NCBI GenBank assembly: GCA_048571215.1
Contig: CP182352.1
Span: 2,464,001 to 2,528,000 of the forward strand
Direction of reading: 5' to 3'
DNA from: Halarcobacter sp.
GTDB lineage: Bacteria; Campylobacterota; Campylobacteria; Campylobacterales; Arcobacteraceae
Length of the DNA stretch: 64,000 bases
The notes beneath the pieces were generated by a model. It was not told where the DNA came from. It saw only the letters and a list, made by a program, of their open reading frames with translations, and made no database searches. The stretch's first letter is position 1. The number at the start of each line of letters is the position of its first letter. Positions 20,021-30,128 of this stretch are shown here, piece after piece. The position numbers were made by a program, and so were the translations under genes.

Positions 20021-20910
20021 ACTCTATCTCTAAGCCAAAATTCAAGTAGATTTCTAGCAATAGCTAACTTTCCAGGCAAACTAAAGCTTAAGCCCTCTTT
20101 ATTGTTTAAAGCATCTTTTACCTCGTCTTTGTGAAACCATTTTGCGTCTACTATCTCATTTGTATCTATATTAAGTTCTTGTGATATAGCCTCAATCTTC
20201 ATACCAACCATTAAAGTTGAGGGAAAAGGCCATGGTTGAGAGGAGATATATGTAACATTTTTTCCTTTTACACCAGATTCTTCATAAAGTTCCCTTAAGG
20301 AAGCCGCTTCCAAAGTTTCACCTACTTCTACATAACCCGCTAAACATGAATATCTATCTGCTTTAAAATTAATACCCTTTCCTAAAAGACAATAATCACC
20401 AAAGGTAACAAGCATTATTACAACGGGATCAATTCTAGGGAAATGCTCTTTATTACAAATAAGACAATCCCTTCTACCTCCAAGTTTTGCAAAAACAGTT
20501 TTTGTACCACAAGAGGCACAAAACTTATGGGAATCATGCCAGTTTAATAAAGAACATCCTTGGGCTATTATTCCTAAACTCTGCTCTTCTACAAAATCTA
20601 AGTTGGTAAATTCCCTTAGAGGAATTTTAGATAAAAAAGTATTCGCTTTTAAAGTAATTGCGAAATAATACTTATCTTTATAAGCACCCAAAAAAATTGT
20701 TTCATCCAAAGAGATATTGTATTTTTCAATAATATCTTTTTTAAAAAAATACTCTTTTGTGTTCTCATTTATCATGATGTTTGTTCCATCAAAAAAAATA
20801 AATACACTCTTTGAACTATTTCGATATAAAAGAATTTCCTCTTCTGTCATTTTTAGAGAATCAAATCTTTCTAAAGGGTTTTGGGAAAAATATGGAACTA
20901 TTTGTTTCAT
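20017..20910 (-). CDS. nudC: NADH pyrophosphatase
   Basis: Zn ribbon FCASCG..CLIC, FPRIDP, Nudix box GETLEAASLRELYEESG, SQPWPFP signature. Confidence 0.93.
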   Translation of the reverse strand: MKQIVPYFSQNPLERFDSLKMTEEEILLYRNSSKSVFIFFDGTNIMINENTKEYFFKKDIIEKYNISLDETIFLGAYKDKYYFAITLKANTFLSKIPLREFTNLDFVEEQSLGIIAQGCSLLNWHDSHKFCASCGTKTVFAKLGGRRDCLICNKEHFPRIDPVVIMLVTFGDYCLLGKGINFKADRYSCLAGYVEVGETLEAASLRELYEESGVKGKNVTYISSQPWPFPSTLMVGMKIEAISQELNIDTNEIVDAKWFHKDEVKDALNNKEGLSFSLPGKLAIARNLLEFWLRDRV

Positions 20911-20921
20911 TATTCTAGATT

Positions 20922-21356
20922 TTACTTTTCATTTGAGTTAATCATCCAGATTGAAAATATATCTATATAGTTCCAAAATGATTGTTTTAACTCATCGGGC
21001 ATATCTAGAGAACTTAAAATCATAATATAAGACTCTAACCAAATTCTTCTAGCCTCAACTGTTATTTCAAAAGGGGAATGTCTAGCAACCATTCTAGGAG
21101 CACCTCTACTTTGGTCAAAATATCTAGGTCCCCCACAAATTTGTATAAAAAAATCTGCTGAGTGTTTTTTTGCCAGTTCAAAACCCTCATCACTTGGAGG
21201 AAATAAACCTCTAATATTGCTTTGTTTTAATAAATCATAATGATCAGAAATCATCTTTCTCATCCCCTCTTCCCCAAGGTATTCTAAGATTTGAGGATTT
21301 GGTAAGGCTACTTCTGGTCTTTGCCCTATTTGGGCTGGTGTAATTATATATTGCAT
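20922..21356 (-). CDS. Truncated (2/2) haemoglobin-like protein
   Basis: LGEEG..., FFIQICGGPRYF, PRMVARH (proximal His), WL, MIN. Confidence 0.8.
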   Translation of the reverse strand: MQYIITPAQIGQRPEVALPNPQILEYLGEEGMRKMISDHYDLLKQSNIRGLFPPSDEGFELAKKHSADFFIQICGGPRYFDQSRGAPRMVARHSPFEITVEARRIWLESYIMILSSLDMPDELKQSFWNYIDIFSIWMINSNEK

Positions 21357-21439
21357 AAATTTCCTATAAATTATTTAATTTTTTTTATTTTAACGAATCT
21401 ATTGTTTTTTATTTGTAAAGTTAAAACTGTAAAAAAAGT

Positions 21440-21600
21440 TTTAAGAAAAACAATATCTCAAAATAAAAACATTATTATAAGTAAAACTATCACTCTTTTA
21501 AAAGATACATTTCCATCTTTAGTTTGACTAAGTTCAAGAAAAATAAAAATATAAAAAGTACAAAAAACCAAATAGGTGTATTGGTTATAATTTCAGACAT
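21440..21600 (-). pseudogene. Frameshifted remnant of a small membrane protein (DUF6622-like)
   Basis: MSEIITNTPIWFFVLFIFLF continues in a shifted frame as LELSQTKDGNVSFKRVIVLLIIMFLF*; family recalled from the TPxW...QxKxxxVSxxR pattern, not searched. Confidence 0.45.
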
Positions 21601-21619
21601 ATTATTTTATTTCTTTTTA

Positions 21620-21952
21620 TCATTTACTTATTTGTTGTTCTAAAATTTTAATAAGAGTTTCTTCTTTAATATTTGTTATCTCAGTTTTTGAATAGATTTT
21701 AAGTAAATAAATATTTTCATCTTCATCTATATAATAATATATAACTCTAAAACCACCACTTTTGCCACTCTTTGATGAACTATTTTCTAATCTCATTTTA
21801 TAAAGTTTTGAAGATAACTCGATACCTACTTTTGGATTTTCATTAAGTAATTGATTTAAAGTTTTTAAATCTTGCGGAAGTTTTTTATTCTTCTTATATA
21901 ACTTTTTAACATCTTTTTTAAATGATTCTAAACTAATTATTTTCAAGTTCAT
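21620..21952 (-). CDS. RelE/ParE-family type II toxin
   Basis: FKKDVKKL..., YKMRL, KSGKSGGFRVIYY, LLKIYSK. Confidence 0.88.
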   Translation of the reverse strand: MNLKIISLESFKKDVKKLYKKNKKLPQDLKTLNQLLNENPKVGIELSSKLYKMRLENSSSKSGKSGGFRVIYYYIDEDENIYLLKIYSKTEITNIKEETLIKILEQQISK

Positions 21953-22208
21953 TAATCAAATCTTCTAAAGTATCATTCTTTTTCTTACTCTTTTTTGAAA
22001 TAGTTTCATTCAACTCACCACAAGCCTCATCAAACTCACTATAAAAAATATTAGCCTTTTGTTCTTCTACATAAGATTTGATAGCTTCGATAATAACTTC
22101 ACTACGATTGACAGAAAAACTCTTAGTAAATTCATCAATCTCATCAAGAAGATATTTTGGAACTCGTAGACCAACTTGTTGTTTTTCCAAGGATGATAAA
22201 TTATTCAT
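21933..22208 (-). CDS. Ribbon-helix-helix (CopG-like) antitoxin
   Basis: VGLRVPKYLLDEID...NRSEVIIEAI RHH pattern; overlaps the toxin start. Confidence 0.8.
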   Translation of the reverse strand: MNNLSSLEKQQVGLRVPKYLLDEIDEFTKSFSVNRSEVIIEAIKSYVEEQKANIFYSEFDEACGELNETISKKSKKKNDTLEDLINELENN

Positions 22209-22272
22209 ATAAACCCTTTTTGTTTTTCTATATTATATATTATTGTTTTACAGTTGTCAAATATTTATTGTT

Positions 22273-25200
22273 TTAGAAGTCATCAATGAAATCTCTCTTT
22301 TTCTCTTTTTTAATTTCTTCTTTCTTCCATTCTATTTTATTTTCAATAAATTTTCTATGCTCTAAATACTCTATTCCATTAAATAAATTTAAAAGTAATT
22401 CAAAAAACTCTAATCTTTTTTGATACATTGGGATAGCACTCCCACTCCAAGACATTGAAGTTTTTTCTAAAGACAATTCTTTAAAAATATTAACATCGCT
22501 ATTTTGAGTAATGAACTGTTTTATAAAATCTATTCTCAAATCTTCCTCTATTTGTGAAATAACTTCTTTAAAAATTAATTTTATTTTTTTATTATTTGCA
22601 ATATTTACAGAAATAAATCTTCTTAAAAAATCAATTTGTGTTTTTGTTAAACTTCCTTCTTCATTTCTATGGTCAGTTATATTGAAAAATAATCTAAGTT
22701 TATCATGTAACCTATAATCTGTTCTATTCTCATAAAAATGTTCAATTATCCTATTAAAAACCACTTCATAATCATCTCTTTTCCACAAAATGTGATACTC
22801 CCGTGCAAATGATTTTTCTTTTGTGTTATTTAAATATTCTGTAATAAAATTAATATCAATATTTAAAATTTCATTCATTGTTTTTGCATTATAATCAAAA
22901 TGATTTGAATATATATCAGATTTTAGATATAAAGATTTTAATAATGAAATATTGCTTTTAAAATATATTATCAATTTACTATTAGCTTCGTTATATGGAT
23001 TAAACAACAAATCTAAACCATGCAGAAAATTTTGATTAATCTCAGATTTGTCATACAGTATTTGCGCAATTTTAACAAAAATTTCATTATCAACTTCCCA
23101 ATACTTAACTATAAAACCAGTATTATAAGGAATATTTTGGGGATTTTTTTCTTCCCTATAAAGAATTAATAAATTATCTACATCCTTCTTTAAAATATCT
23201 TCTTTTTTTATGTGAGCAGAAAAAGCAAAAGAAAACTTATTTTTATAGTTGTCATTTAAATTATTTACAAACTCTTCAACAAAAACTTTTGTTTTCAATT
23301 CTAGTAAACTTTTGATAATTATATGTTCATTAAATTTGAAAGTATATGTTACATTTACAATATGATTTATTAATTCATAATACATCTCATCAAATTTTGA
23401 TGCTAAAACTACCAATAACCTATTAATATTACTAGTTAATTGATAAGGTTCTCTATTGTTAACATTTAAATGATTGAGTTCATTTAATACATCAAATAAG
23501 TTTTTAAATTCTTTTATTGAAAAATTCTCTATATAATTAAAAATCTCTTTTTTAATTAATTCTTCTGATTCAGATATATCAATATTTTTATCTTTATTAT
23601 AAAAATCTCCATAATCTAAATAAAACACTTTTTCAATATTCATATAATCATGTTTGAATTTATTTCTCAAACTTTCATCATAAGGAATAGAATATTTTTC
23701 CCACAAATCACATAAATATATAACTGCTTTTACTTCTAAATAATTGTTCGTTGAAAAAAATTTGTAAATATATTCTGTAATTATTTCTTTATCCCAAATC
23801 TCAACATCTGAAGTTTTTGATTCCCATCCATAACGATAATCAAGAATAAATTCTATAAGCTTTTTATCATCTTTTTTATATAGAGTAAAAAGAATCTTCC
23901 AAATTGTTTTTCTCAATATTTTCAAAGCATCATTTTCTACTAATTTAAAAGTATAAATAATAATACTTCTTTCTTCTGACTCAGTAGATTGAAATTGTGT
24001 CTGTAAATAATATCTACCTAGGTCATATAAAAGATTTAAATATATAATTTCATTTTTATTTACTTTGTCTATTATCTTATCTACAATATATTGCTGAATA
24101 ATATAGTCTTCTTTATAAGAATATCTATTAAATCCGAAACTATTTTTTAAAACTTCTAAAAACTTTTCATAGATTTTTTCATTTTTATCAAAATACATAA
24201 ATAATAAATCGATGACCTCTTTGTAGTGTTCATAGTCATTACTAAATATTTTAATAAGTTCTAAAATCTTGTCATCAGCATATTTTTCGCTATTTATGTT
24301 TTCAATATCTTCTTCAGATAGATTTTCAATTAATACTTTTATATAAACTAAATTTCCCGTCCTATCTAAATACCAAAAAAATTTAACTAATTCATACTCT
24401 TTACTAAAATCACCTTGAGACTCTTTCTTTAATCTCTCAAATGGTATCTTCAATTTTTCTGATACAAAGGTAAAATCAAAGCTATTAAATATAGGATTTA
24501 ATACATCATTTAGTTTTTTGTTTTGTAATAGAAAGAAACTATTTATAAAAATATCTATATCTAAAATATTTTCAAGAAAAACCACCTTATAAAAAAGATA
24601 GGTTGATAAAATTTGGTCAGATATTTTTACAACTTCATCTTCATATAAATCAACAATCTCTAATTCATTTAGTTGTTTAACCTTTTCCCAAAATAAATCT
24701 ATTTTTATAGAAAATATTTCTTCAAGTTGTGTTATTTGTATTTCATTTGATTTATCAATACTTCTATAAAATGAAATAATAGCAATCACTTTCATTAATT
24801 CTATATCATTAAATAAATCTATTTCTTCGCTAACTGCTTTATAATAAATATCATATACTTTTGATATATCATTTATACTACTTAAATCATTAGTATCTCT
24901 TGCAATCTTAGAAATCATAACAGCCAGCCTAGGGTTACCTTTAGATAGATATTCAATTCTTTCAATATACATAGGATTTTTGATATTAAAATCATTTACT
25001 ATAATAGATTTAATTGCTTCTTTTCCCAACTGGTTTACTTTTATCTCTACATAGCTAAAAATTCTATCAGATAAGAGTTTTATAATATTATCTTTTGCAT
25101 AATCTCTTACAGTCATCACAATCTTTAACTTATTATCAACAATCTTCTCAGGATAAAGTTGTAACAAATAATCAAGTGCTAAATGAATACGATTTACATC

Positions 25201-25851
25201 ATCAAGAAAAATCACATATTTTTTATTCCCATTAAAAAAGCTATTAATATCTTCAAAAAAATCAGCTCCTCTTCTAATTATACAAACTGACTCATAACTT
25301 GAGTCCTTGCAAAATTCTTTAATTGATTCTATTGCTAATCTACTTTTTCCAATACCAGATTTACCCGATATTATTAAGAAGTTATTCACTCTTAACTTAT
25401 CAATAATATCAGCTTTTTCTTCTTTCCTTCCATACAAATTAATATCTAATGGAGTTGCAAATTTATTGTATTGATAATTATCAATAAACTCATTAAGTTT
25501 TAAAATTTGTCTAGTTGATATTTTACGTTGATAAGTTATTTCTAGAACTCTTAAAAAAATTATTGCAGTAGAAAATAAAAAAGCTATAACAACAATTAAC
25601 CAACTCCCACCTGAAATAAAAATATCCACAATTTGTATTAATAATTTTTCTTTTGGAGGTATATAACTTTTTATTAATAAATTTAATTCTTCACTTATTG
25701 TTAATAATGTGATGTTAAATATAATTGTTAAAAAAAATCTCCAGACTAAAGTGAAATAAGACAAAGGCTTAATAAACCATTGAACTAATTTATTGTCAAA
25801 AACTATTTCGGTGAATTTATTAAAATTCTTTAGCTTTTCAATATAATGCAT
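22273..25851 (-). CDS. Large P-loop NTPase (STAND/NACHT-like) with N-terminal TM helices and long helical C-terminus; candidate defence protein
   Basis: Walker A GKSGIGKS, Walker B IFLDD, IVMTVR, GNPRLA (GxP); two hydrophobic segments in the first ~100 aa. Confidence 0.72.
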   Translation of the reverse strand: MHYIEKLKNFNKFTEIVFDNKLVQWFIKPLSYFTLVWRFFLTIIFNITLLTISEELNLLIKSYIPPKEKLLIQIVDIFISGGSWLIVVIAFLFSTAIIFLRVLEITYQRKISTRQILKLNEFIDNYQYNKFATPLDINLYGRKEEKADIIDKLRVNNFLIISGKSGIGKSRLAIESIKEFCKDSSYESVCIIRRGADFFEDINSFFNGNKKYVIFLDDVNRIHLALDYLLQLYPEKIVDNKLKIVMTVRDYAKDNIIKLLSDRIFSYVEIKVNQLGKEAIKSIIVNDFNIKNPMYIERIEYLSKGNPRLAVMISKIARDTNDLSSINDISKVYDIYYKAVSEEIDLFNDIELMKVIAIISFYRSIDKSNEIQITQLEEIFSIKIDLFWEKVKQLNELEIVDLYEDEVVKISDQILSTYLFYKVVFLENILDIDIFINSFFLLQNKKLNDVLNPIFNSFDFTFVSEKLKIPFERLKKESQGDFSKEYELVKFFWYLDRTGNLVYIKVLIENLSEEDIENINSEKYADDKILELIKIFSNDYEHYKEVIDLLFMYFDKNEKIYEKFLEVLKNSFGFNRYSYKEDYIIQQYIVDKIIDKVNKNEIIYLNLLYDLGRYYLQTQFQSTESEERSIIIYTFKLVENDALKILRKTIWKILFTLYKKDDKKLIEFILDYRYGWESKTSDVEIWDKEIITEYIYKFFSTNNYLEVKAVIYLCDLWEKYSIPYDESLRNKFKHDYMNIEKVFYLDYGDFYNKDKNIDISESEELIKKEIFNYIENFSIKEFKNLFDVLNELNHLNVNNREPYQLTSNINRLLVVLASKFDEMYYELINHIVNVTYTFKFNEHIIIKSLLELKTKVFVEEFVNNLNDNYKNKFSFAFSAHIKKEDILKKDVDNLLILYREEKNPQNIPYNTGFIVKYWEVDNEIFVKIAQILYDKSEINQNFLHGLDLLFNPYNEANSKLIIYFKSNISLLKSLYLKSDIYSNHFDYNAKTMNEILNIDINFITEYLNNTKEKSFAREYHILWKRDDYEVVFNRIIEHFYENRTDYRLHDKLRLFFNITDHRNEEGSLTKTQIDFLRRFISVNIANNKKIKLIFKEVISQIEEDLRIDFIKQFITQNSDVNIFKELSLEKTSMSWSGSAIPMYQKRLEFFELLLNLFNGIEYLEHRKFIENKIEWKKEEIKKEKKRDFIDDF

Positions 25852-25903
25852 AAAGTATCCTATAAATAATTTATATACATATTATAGTAGTATTATTTTA
25901 AAA

Positions 25904-26040
25904 TAAATAGAAAATTGTAGATTTTTTTAAAGCTCAAGGCGAAGAGTAAGATTTGTGAAGGAGCTTACATGAAAGTAAGTGACTAAATAAATCTTACTCT
26001 TCAACGCAGAGATTTAGAAAAAGATGCAGTTTTATATTTA
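25904..26040. repeat. ERIC-like palindromic element (~137 bp)
   Basis: Core GGAGCTTACAT-ga-AAGTAAGTGACT (25960-25984); perfect 14-bp stem 25941-25954/25989-26002; ~32-bp imperfect terminal inverted repeats with TA ends. Confidence 0.8.
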
Positions 26041-29000
26041 TTTTTTTCTCAAGTATTTTAATGCTGTCGCTATAATATCATCGTCATCTTTGCTTGGACT
26101 TTTTATTGTCTCTTTTGTATCATCTGCTTTAGTAAAGGTAACATTCATTTCGTATGAACTCACTGCTTTAATTGCTTTTTGGATACTTAAAATTTTTACC
26201 ATAATTAATTCTAAAAACTGTTTTGTTGGAGTATCTGGTTTACCAAATCTATCCTCCATCTCTTCTTCTATTGCATACACCTCTTGCTTATCATGACATT
26301 TTGAAAGTCTTCTATATAGTTCCAATCTTACCCTATCTTCAACTATATAATCATTGCTAATATAAGCAGAAATAGCAAGTTTTAAATCAACAGTTTTTGA
26401 CTCCTCTTTTGTATCACCATTTAGAGTTGCTAAAGCATCTTCTAACATCTTTAAGTAAAGCCCATAACCTATTTGTTTGATATGTCCACTTTGGGCTTCT
26501 CCTATGATATTTCCACCACCTCTTATCTCTAGATCTTGATGAGCTAGGGCTGTTCCACTTCCTAAATATGAATTTGTTTCTAAGGCAACTAATCTTTTTA
26601 TAGCATCATTTGTAATTTGTTTTTTATCCTCAACCACATAATAACAAAATCCCTCTTTGTCACTTCGTCCAACTCTTCCTCTTAGTTGATGAAGGTCTGC
26701 TATACCAAACCTATCAGCTCCATCAATCACAATTGAGTTTGCATTTGGTAAATGAAGTCCTGATTCAACTATTGAAGTTGCAAGTAAGATATCAAACTCT
26801 TTAGTATCAAATCTTTCAATAATCTTTTCAGCCTCCAAAGGTTTTATTTTTGAGTGGATAACCTCTATTTTTATATTTGGAACAATTTGTTGTATATCCT
26901 CTTTTTTAGCCTCTATTGAAGCTATGTTATTGTGTACATAAAAAAGTTGTCCGCCCCTTCTTTTTTCTCTAAGGATTATCTCTTTTATAAGTTTATCACT
27001 ATACTCTTTTACATAGGTTCTTACCCCTAATCTTTCCGTTGGTGGGGTTAATAAACTACTCATACCTTTTAGTTTACTAAGGGCTAGATTTAGTGTTCTT
27101 GGAATTGGGGTTGCACTCATAGAAAAAATATGTACATCTTCTCTAAGTGCTTTTAGTTTCTCTTTTTGTTTTACCCCAAACTTATGCTCTTCATCTATAA
27201 TAACCAAAGCTAAATTGTGGGTTTTTACACTAAGAAGGGAGTGGGTTCCAATTACTAATTGTAAAGAGCCATCAGCTAATGCTTTTTTAACTTCTGTTTT
27301 CTCTTTTGCAGTAGATTGTCCATCTAGTTTTCCAATTTTTATACCAAAACCTTCAAACCTTTTTTTCATACTATGATAGTGTTGTGATGCCAAAAGTGTA
27401 GTTGGACAAACAAATACAGCCTGATAACCATCTAAAACTGTAGCAAGGATTGCATTCATGGCAACCTCTGTTTTCCCAAAACCAACATCTCCACTTAAAA
27501 GTCTATCCATCACTCGACCACTATTTAAATCTGTAAATATCTCTTTTACACTTCTTTTTTGATCTTTTGTATACTCAAATCCTGCACTATATTCGAACTC
27601 TTCAAGTAATTTTTTCTGAGTATTTATTTTTATACCATTTACAAGTTCCCTTGCAGCTGCCATTTTTATAATATCATTTGCAATAGCAAATAATCTATCT
27701 TTTACTTTCTCTTTTAGTTTGGCAAAACTTCCTTTACCTAACTTATCCACAACAGCATAGGAACTACCATCTGCAACATATCTATCTATTAAATCTATAT
27801 TTTCAACAGGCAATAAAAGCTTATCATCTCCCGCATACATCACAACTACAAAGTCTCTTTTAGCACCCATTACAACAAAGGGTTCTATCCCTTTATATTG
27901 ACCTATACCGTGGGTTTCATGAACTACAAAATCTCCACTTTGTAACTCATCAAGTACAAGTTTTACCTTTTTTTTACGCTTCTTTTTTATCTCTTTATTT
28001 AGTGAAATTATAACTTCATCATTTGTAAGAACATTTATAATATAGTTTTCAAAACAATAGTTTATATTTTTGTTTGTAAGGTCTAAATCAAAAGCTTTTA
28101 CTTTTGCTTCAGTTGAAGAGATAATGGTTACTTTTTTACCCTCATGAAATGTTAAAAACTCTTTTATATTTGATGGGGCTATCTCTTTTGCATCTTTTGC
28201 ATTATAGATTTGTGGTGTAGCTAAAAACTTATCTTTATTAAGTCTTTTTTCTTCAAAAACATAAGCTTCATCAAGTTCATCTAAAGCATCTTGGGTTATA
28301 TATGAATTTAGATTTTGAGGAAGGTATTCTCCTAATTCGTCTAAATACCAAAATCCCAAAGAGTGAATATCTTTTATAAAAGCATCACTGTTTACTGCAT
28401 CTATTTTTTCATTTATATCCTCTAAAGCACTCTCATCCAAAGCTAAAAATGCAGGAGATATTTTAAAACTTTCTATCTCCTCCTTTTCACTTTTTTGCTC
28501 TTCAATATCAAATTTTCTAATACTCTCAACTTCATCATCAAAAAGTGAAACCCTATATCCTATCTCACTTCCCAAAGGACAAATATCTACTATATCCCCA
28601 CGAATTGAAACCTCCCCTTCACTTGTGACAATATCTACAAAGTAGTATCCCCAATTGAAAAGTTTGCTTTTAAACTCTTCAAGATTTAAGGTATCTGCAA
28701 AAGAGATTTCAAAAGAATCAAAACATTTCTCTTTTGGCATAGGAAAACTAATAGTTCTAATAGGAGCAATTAATATTTTGTCCTCTTTTTTATAAGAGTA
28801 ATAATCATTTAAAGTTTTAGTTATCTCTTGAAGCTCACTAGAGAAAGAGAGTAAATCATCCCCAAAATTAGCTCTAAAATCTGCTAAAGCAAAAGCTTTA
28901 AATCCTAAAAAAGAGACTATATCTGAAGCTATTTGGGCTTGCCTATCATCATTTACAATTAAAAGCTGACATTTTTTTAAATTTTTGTCATCTTTTAAAT

Positions 29001-29052
29001 TTTTTCTTGTGCTTTGCACTCTCTGTGAGAAAAATTCGTATATACTGTTCAC
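26038..29052 (-). CDS. mfd: Transcription-repair coupling factor
   Basis: RGDIVDI, CarD-like VVHETHGIGQY, GDVGFGKTEVA, DEEHKFGV, QLRGRVGR, DLEIRGGG. Confidence 0.97.
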   Translation of the reverse strand: MNSIYEFFSQRVQSTRKNLKDDKNLKKCQLLIVNDDRQAQIASDIVSFLGFKAFALADFRANFGDDLLSFSSELQEITKTLNDYYSYKKEDKILIAPIRTISFPMPKEKCFDSFEISFADTLNLEEFKSKLFNWGYYFVDIVTSEGEVSIRGDIVDICPLGSEIGYRVSLFDDEVESIRKFDIEEQKSEKEEIESFKISPAFLALDESALEDINEKIDAVNSDAFIKDIHSLGFWYLDELGEYLPQNLNSYITQDALDELDEAYVFEEKRLNKDKFLATPQIYNAKDAKEIAPSNIKEFLTFHEGKKVTIISSTEAKVKAFDLDLTNKNINYCFENYIINVLTNDEVIISLNKEIKKKRKKKVKLVLDELQSGDFVVHETHGIGQYKGIEPFVVMGAKRDFVVVMYAGDDKLLLPVENIDLIDRYVADGSSYAVVDKLGKGSFAKLKEKVKDRLFAIANDIIKMAAARELVNGIKINTQKKLLEEFEYSAGFEYTKDQKRSVKEIFTDLNSGRVMDRLLSGDVGFGKTEVAMNAILATVLDGYQAVFVCPTTLLASQHYHSMKKRFEGFGIKIGKLDGQSTAKEKTEVKKALADGSLQLVIGTHSLLSVKTHNLALVIIDEEHKFGVKQKEKLKALREDVHIFSMSATPIPRTLNLALSKLKGMSSLLTPPTERLGVRTYVKEYSDKLIKEIILREKRRGGQLFYVHNNIASIEAKKEDIQQIVPNIKIEVIHSKIKPLEAEKIIERFDTKEFDILLATSIVESGLHLPNANSIVIDGADRFGIADLHQLRGRVGRSDKEGFCYYVVEDKKQITNDAIKRLVALETNSYLGSGTALAHQDLEIRGGGNIIGEAQSGHIKQIGYGLYLKMLEDALATLNGDTKEESKTVDLKLAISAYISNDYIVEDRVRLELYRRLSKCHDKQEVYAIEEEMEDRFGKPDTPTKQFLELIMVKILSIQKAIKAVSSYEMNVTFTKADDTKETIKSPSKDDDDIIATALKYLRKK

Positions 29053-29054
29053 TA

Positions 29055-29351
29055 CTACTGTTTAACCTCTTCAAAATCGTTTGTATTTTTATCATAATAA
29101 TAAGCGGGATAAGGTATCTCATTTAACAAAAAGATTATATTTGCCTTTTTAAAATTTGTTTTTTGTAAACCTTTTTTAAAAATTTCTAAAATATAAGCTT
29201 TTGTAGAAAATGTAGTTGTTGAAGAGCTTGCAGTATATACAAAGTTTTCCCCCTCTACTGGCGAAAAGCCTTCCCTTGAAACATGTTTTTCAAACTTTTG
29301 TTTATCCTCTAAACCCTCAACTTCTAATAATACTAATACTTCTATACTCAT
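29055..29351 (-). CDS. Hypothetical protein (likely start MSIEV at 29351)
   Basis: ORF track; AGGA RBS before the ATG at 29351, which avoids overlap with the upstream gene. Confidence 0.7.
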   Translation of the reverse strand: MSIEVLVLLEVEGLEDKQKFEKHVSREGFSPVEGENFVYTASSSTTTFSTKAYILEIFKKGLQKTNFKKANIIFLLNEIPYPAYYYDKNTNDFEEVKQ

Positions 29352-29358
29352 AATAATC

Positions 29359-30069
29359 CTAATTTGTAAGTAATGTAGATAAAAATCCAATCAGTCCACC
29401 AAATACCGCACCCCAAATAACAAGCCAACCTAAGTGTTCTTTTATCATCTCTTGAACTATCTCTTTTACCATTTTAGGTGTTAGTTCATCTAATCTTGCA
29501 TTTACTATGCCACTTAATTTTTCATATATATCACTTGAAAAGTTATCAGATTTTACAGCTTCATTTAAAACCTTTTGAAAAGAATCTGTTTGTGATATTT
29601 TTATAATAGAAACTTGTAGTTTTTTTGTAAATGGTTCTTTTAATGGTTCAAGGGCAGCTTCTCCACCAAACATCCCTAACATTCCACCAAAAGGTGACTC
29701 AATCACTGCTTCTTTTAGAGAATCATAAGCAGGACTAAAATCTGTTTTATTTAAAATATGTTCAAAATCTATTGTATTTTTTGCACTATCAACCTCATCT
29801 TCAAAAAATCTTTTTAAATTCTCTTTTGTAAAAAATTGATTCATTAGAAGGTTATGAATAGATAGTTTAAATTGTTCAAACTTACTTTCAATCACACCAC
29901 TTCCATATAAAAATGGAACTTTTTCAAATAACATATGAATAGCTAAAGTATTTGTAACTGCTCCACTTAGTGCAAATAGTCCTACCATAAATACCGTATG
30001 GTTATCATTTGAGTAACCAAATGCCATAACTAAAACTGTAAATATATTTGTAATATCTGATTTATTCAT
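29359..30069 (-). CDS. DUF445-family membrane protein
   Basis: GAVTNTLAIHMLF..PFLYGSGVI; HLGWLVIWGAVFGGLIG. Confidence 0.85.
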   Translation of the reverse strand: MNKSDITNIFTVLVMAFGYSNDNHTVFMVGLFALSGAVTNTLAIHMLFEKVPFLYGSGVIESKFEQFKLSIHNLLMNQFFTKENLKRFFEDEVDSAKNTIDFEHILNKTDFSPAYDSLKEAVIESPFGGMLGMFGGEAALEPLKEPFTKKLQVSIIKISQTDSFQKVLNEAVKSDNFSSDIYEKLSGIVNARLDELTPKMVKEIVQEMIKEHLGWLVIWGAVFGGLIGFLSTLLTN

Positions 30070-30128
30070 AGTAAAACCCTTTTTTTTTAAGGGATTTTAC
30101 CATAAATTTTTAAAAGAAGTTTTAACTC

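Noticed and set aside
21321..21527. 68-aa plus-strand ORF
   Set aside because: Overlaps the globin start and is antisense to the pseudogene remnant; no motif or clear RBS
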